This document shows, piece after piece, positions 63,135-64,000 of a stretch of DNA of 64,000 nt. Position 1 is the first letter of the stretch. Every line of letters starts with the position of its first letter. The DNA is from Harriotta raleighana. Lineage: Eukaryota. The translations under genes were made by a program, and so were the position numbers. The notes beneath the pieces were generated by a model. That model had not been told where the DNA came from and did not search any database. It was given only the letters and a program-made list of their open reading frames with translations. The stretch spans positions 8,392,163 through 8,456,162 of the forward strand of contig JBNZDD010013714.1 of the NCBI GenBank assembly GCA_050575255.1, read 5' to 3'.

Positions 63135-64000
63135 TACAGTCTGTGAACAGTCTTTAGGTGTTTCAATGATATGACAGGGTGCTATATCAAATGGAAGAAT
63201 TATTATTATTAATAATTTAATTATTACAATGGGGAAAGCTGCTATCATTTACAAGCAAGCTATCAGCAACTTTGTCATCTTTTGCATGTCCATCATGGGA
63301 AGGTAAAAGTGAGCCTATTTCTGTTCAGCTGCAGGAGGAAGGATTATTGTGCGCTCAGTAAAGAAACTAATTATATGATCAAAAACTATTCGAGGAATTG
63401 TGGATTTGTCATTCCAGATTATTAAAATTATACAGTGCCCGAGGGGAGGATGTCCCACAACCCCTGACCCTAAACTTTTCAGAACATATGAATTCCGAGC
63501 GCTGGGTGAATACATCAATTTTACTGCCTAATAAATTGTGCTGCACGTTTTAAATTTTCCTACTATTTGTCTTCAGAATTGTGAATGGAATCTACATTAT
63601 GAAATTAGTAATTGCCCTGGCACAAGGTTTCAGTGAAAGGTTTGAATTCAGATTTTTAAAAAATAAACAAACATTGATGCACTCTCTCTTTGTATAGTGC
63701 TGCACTTGTGATGATATACAACCCTGGCGGCTTTCAGACCAAAGTCGCCAAGTGCTCATTTGAGCACTTCTTACTGCAGAAACTCTTATGGAAAAAAAAT
63801 CTAAAAATAAACACCCGAAAAACACACAGGCTCCCGCTAACAGGATAATAAAGCTTTCTAATGGTAGGACAAATAGCCAACAAGACAATAAACAATTCAC
63901 AGACACACGCGGAATGTAGGGTTTTGGTAAATGCTCCCGTTGTGGGGAGGCCCTGTTAATGAAGAACAGTCTGAAAATCACTGACTGTGGCCTTGAAATG

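Larger units (their letters stand above)
62030..63212 (+). mobile_element. Deu-type SINE interrupted by a MITE
   Basis: ctaggctgatgctccagtgcagtcctgggggagtgctgcattgttggagatgccg core; the tail gtgctatatcaaatggaag(aat/tta)n resumes after 63136. Confidence 0.7.
58987..64000 (-). other. TSHZ3: TSHZ3 intron (3' part)
   Basis: Lies upstream of the acceptor; I found no MPRRKQ-type first exon in the window. Confidence 0.85.

Noticed and set aside
63726-63741. Resemblance to a histone 3' stem-loop
   Set aside because: Does not fit the 6-bp stem/4-nt loop consensus, and there is no histone ORF.

Overview
Vertebrate genomic DNA, AT-rich, from a draft assembly with N gaps. The repeat content (tRNA-headed and Deu-type SINEs with L2-like tails, CR1 and L2 LINE remnants) suggests a cartilaginous fish, probably a chimaera; this is inference. 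The only supportable protein-coding gene is TSHZ3 (teashirt zinc finger homeobox 3) on the minus strand. Its large terminal coding exon spans 55775-58986, with the splice acceptor at 58987-58988. The short first exon lies beyond the window end, and the 3' UTR runs to about 53960 or 52980. Bases 1-52900 are gene desert: old SINE/LINE fragments, several non-autonomous DNA transposons and many enhancer-like non-coding blocks. Two ~1.57 kb tandem duplications and one 100 bp duplication are each split by a single N and look like assembly artefacts. I see no unambiguous new biological system. The best leads are (i) TTAACCCT...AGGGTTAA-bounded duplexes in the TSHZ3 3' UTR whose only mismatches are A:C on the mRNA, (ii) a MITE with perfect 30-bp TIRs and an AT target duplication, (iii) several long hairpins or palindromes, and (iv) an apparent excess of Tc1/pogo excision footprints. 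Repeat family names and enhancer calls come from pattern recognition, not database searches, and most repeat boundaries are approximate.
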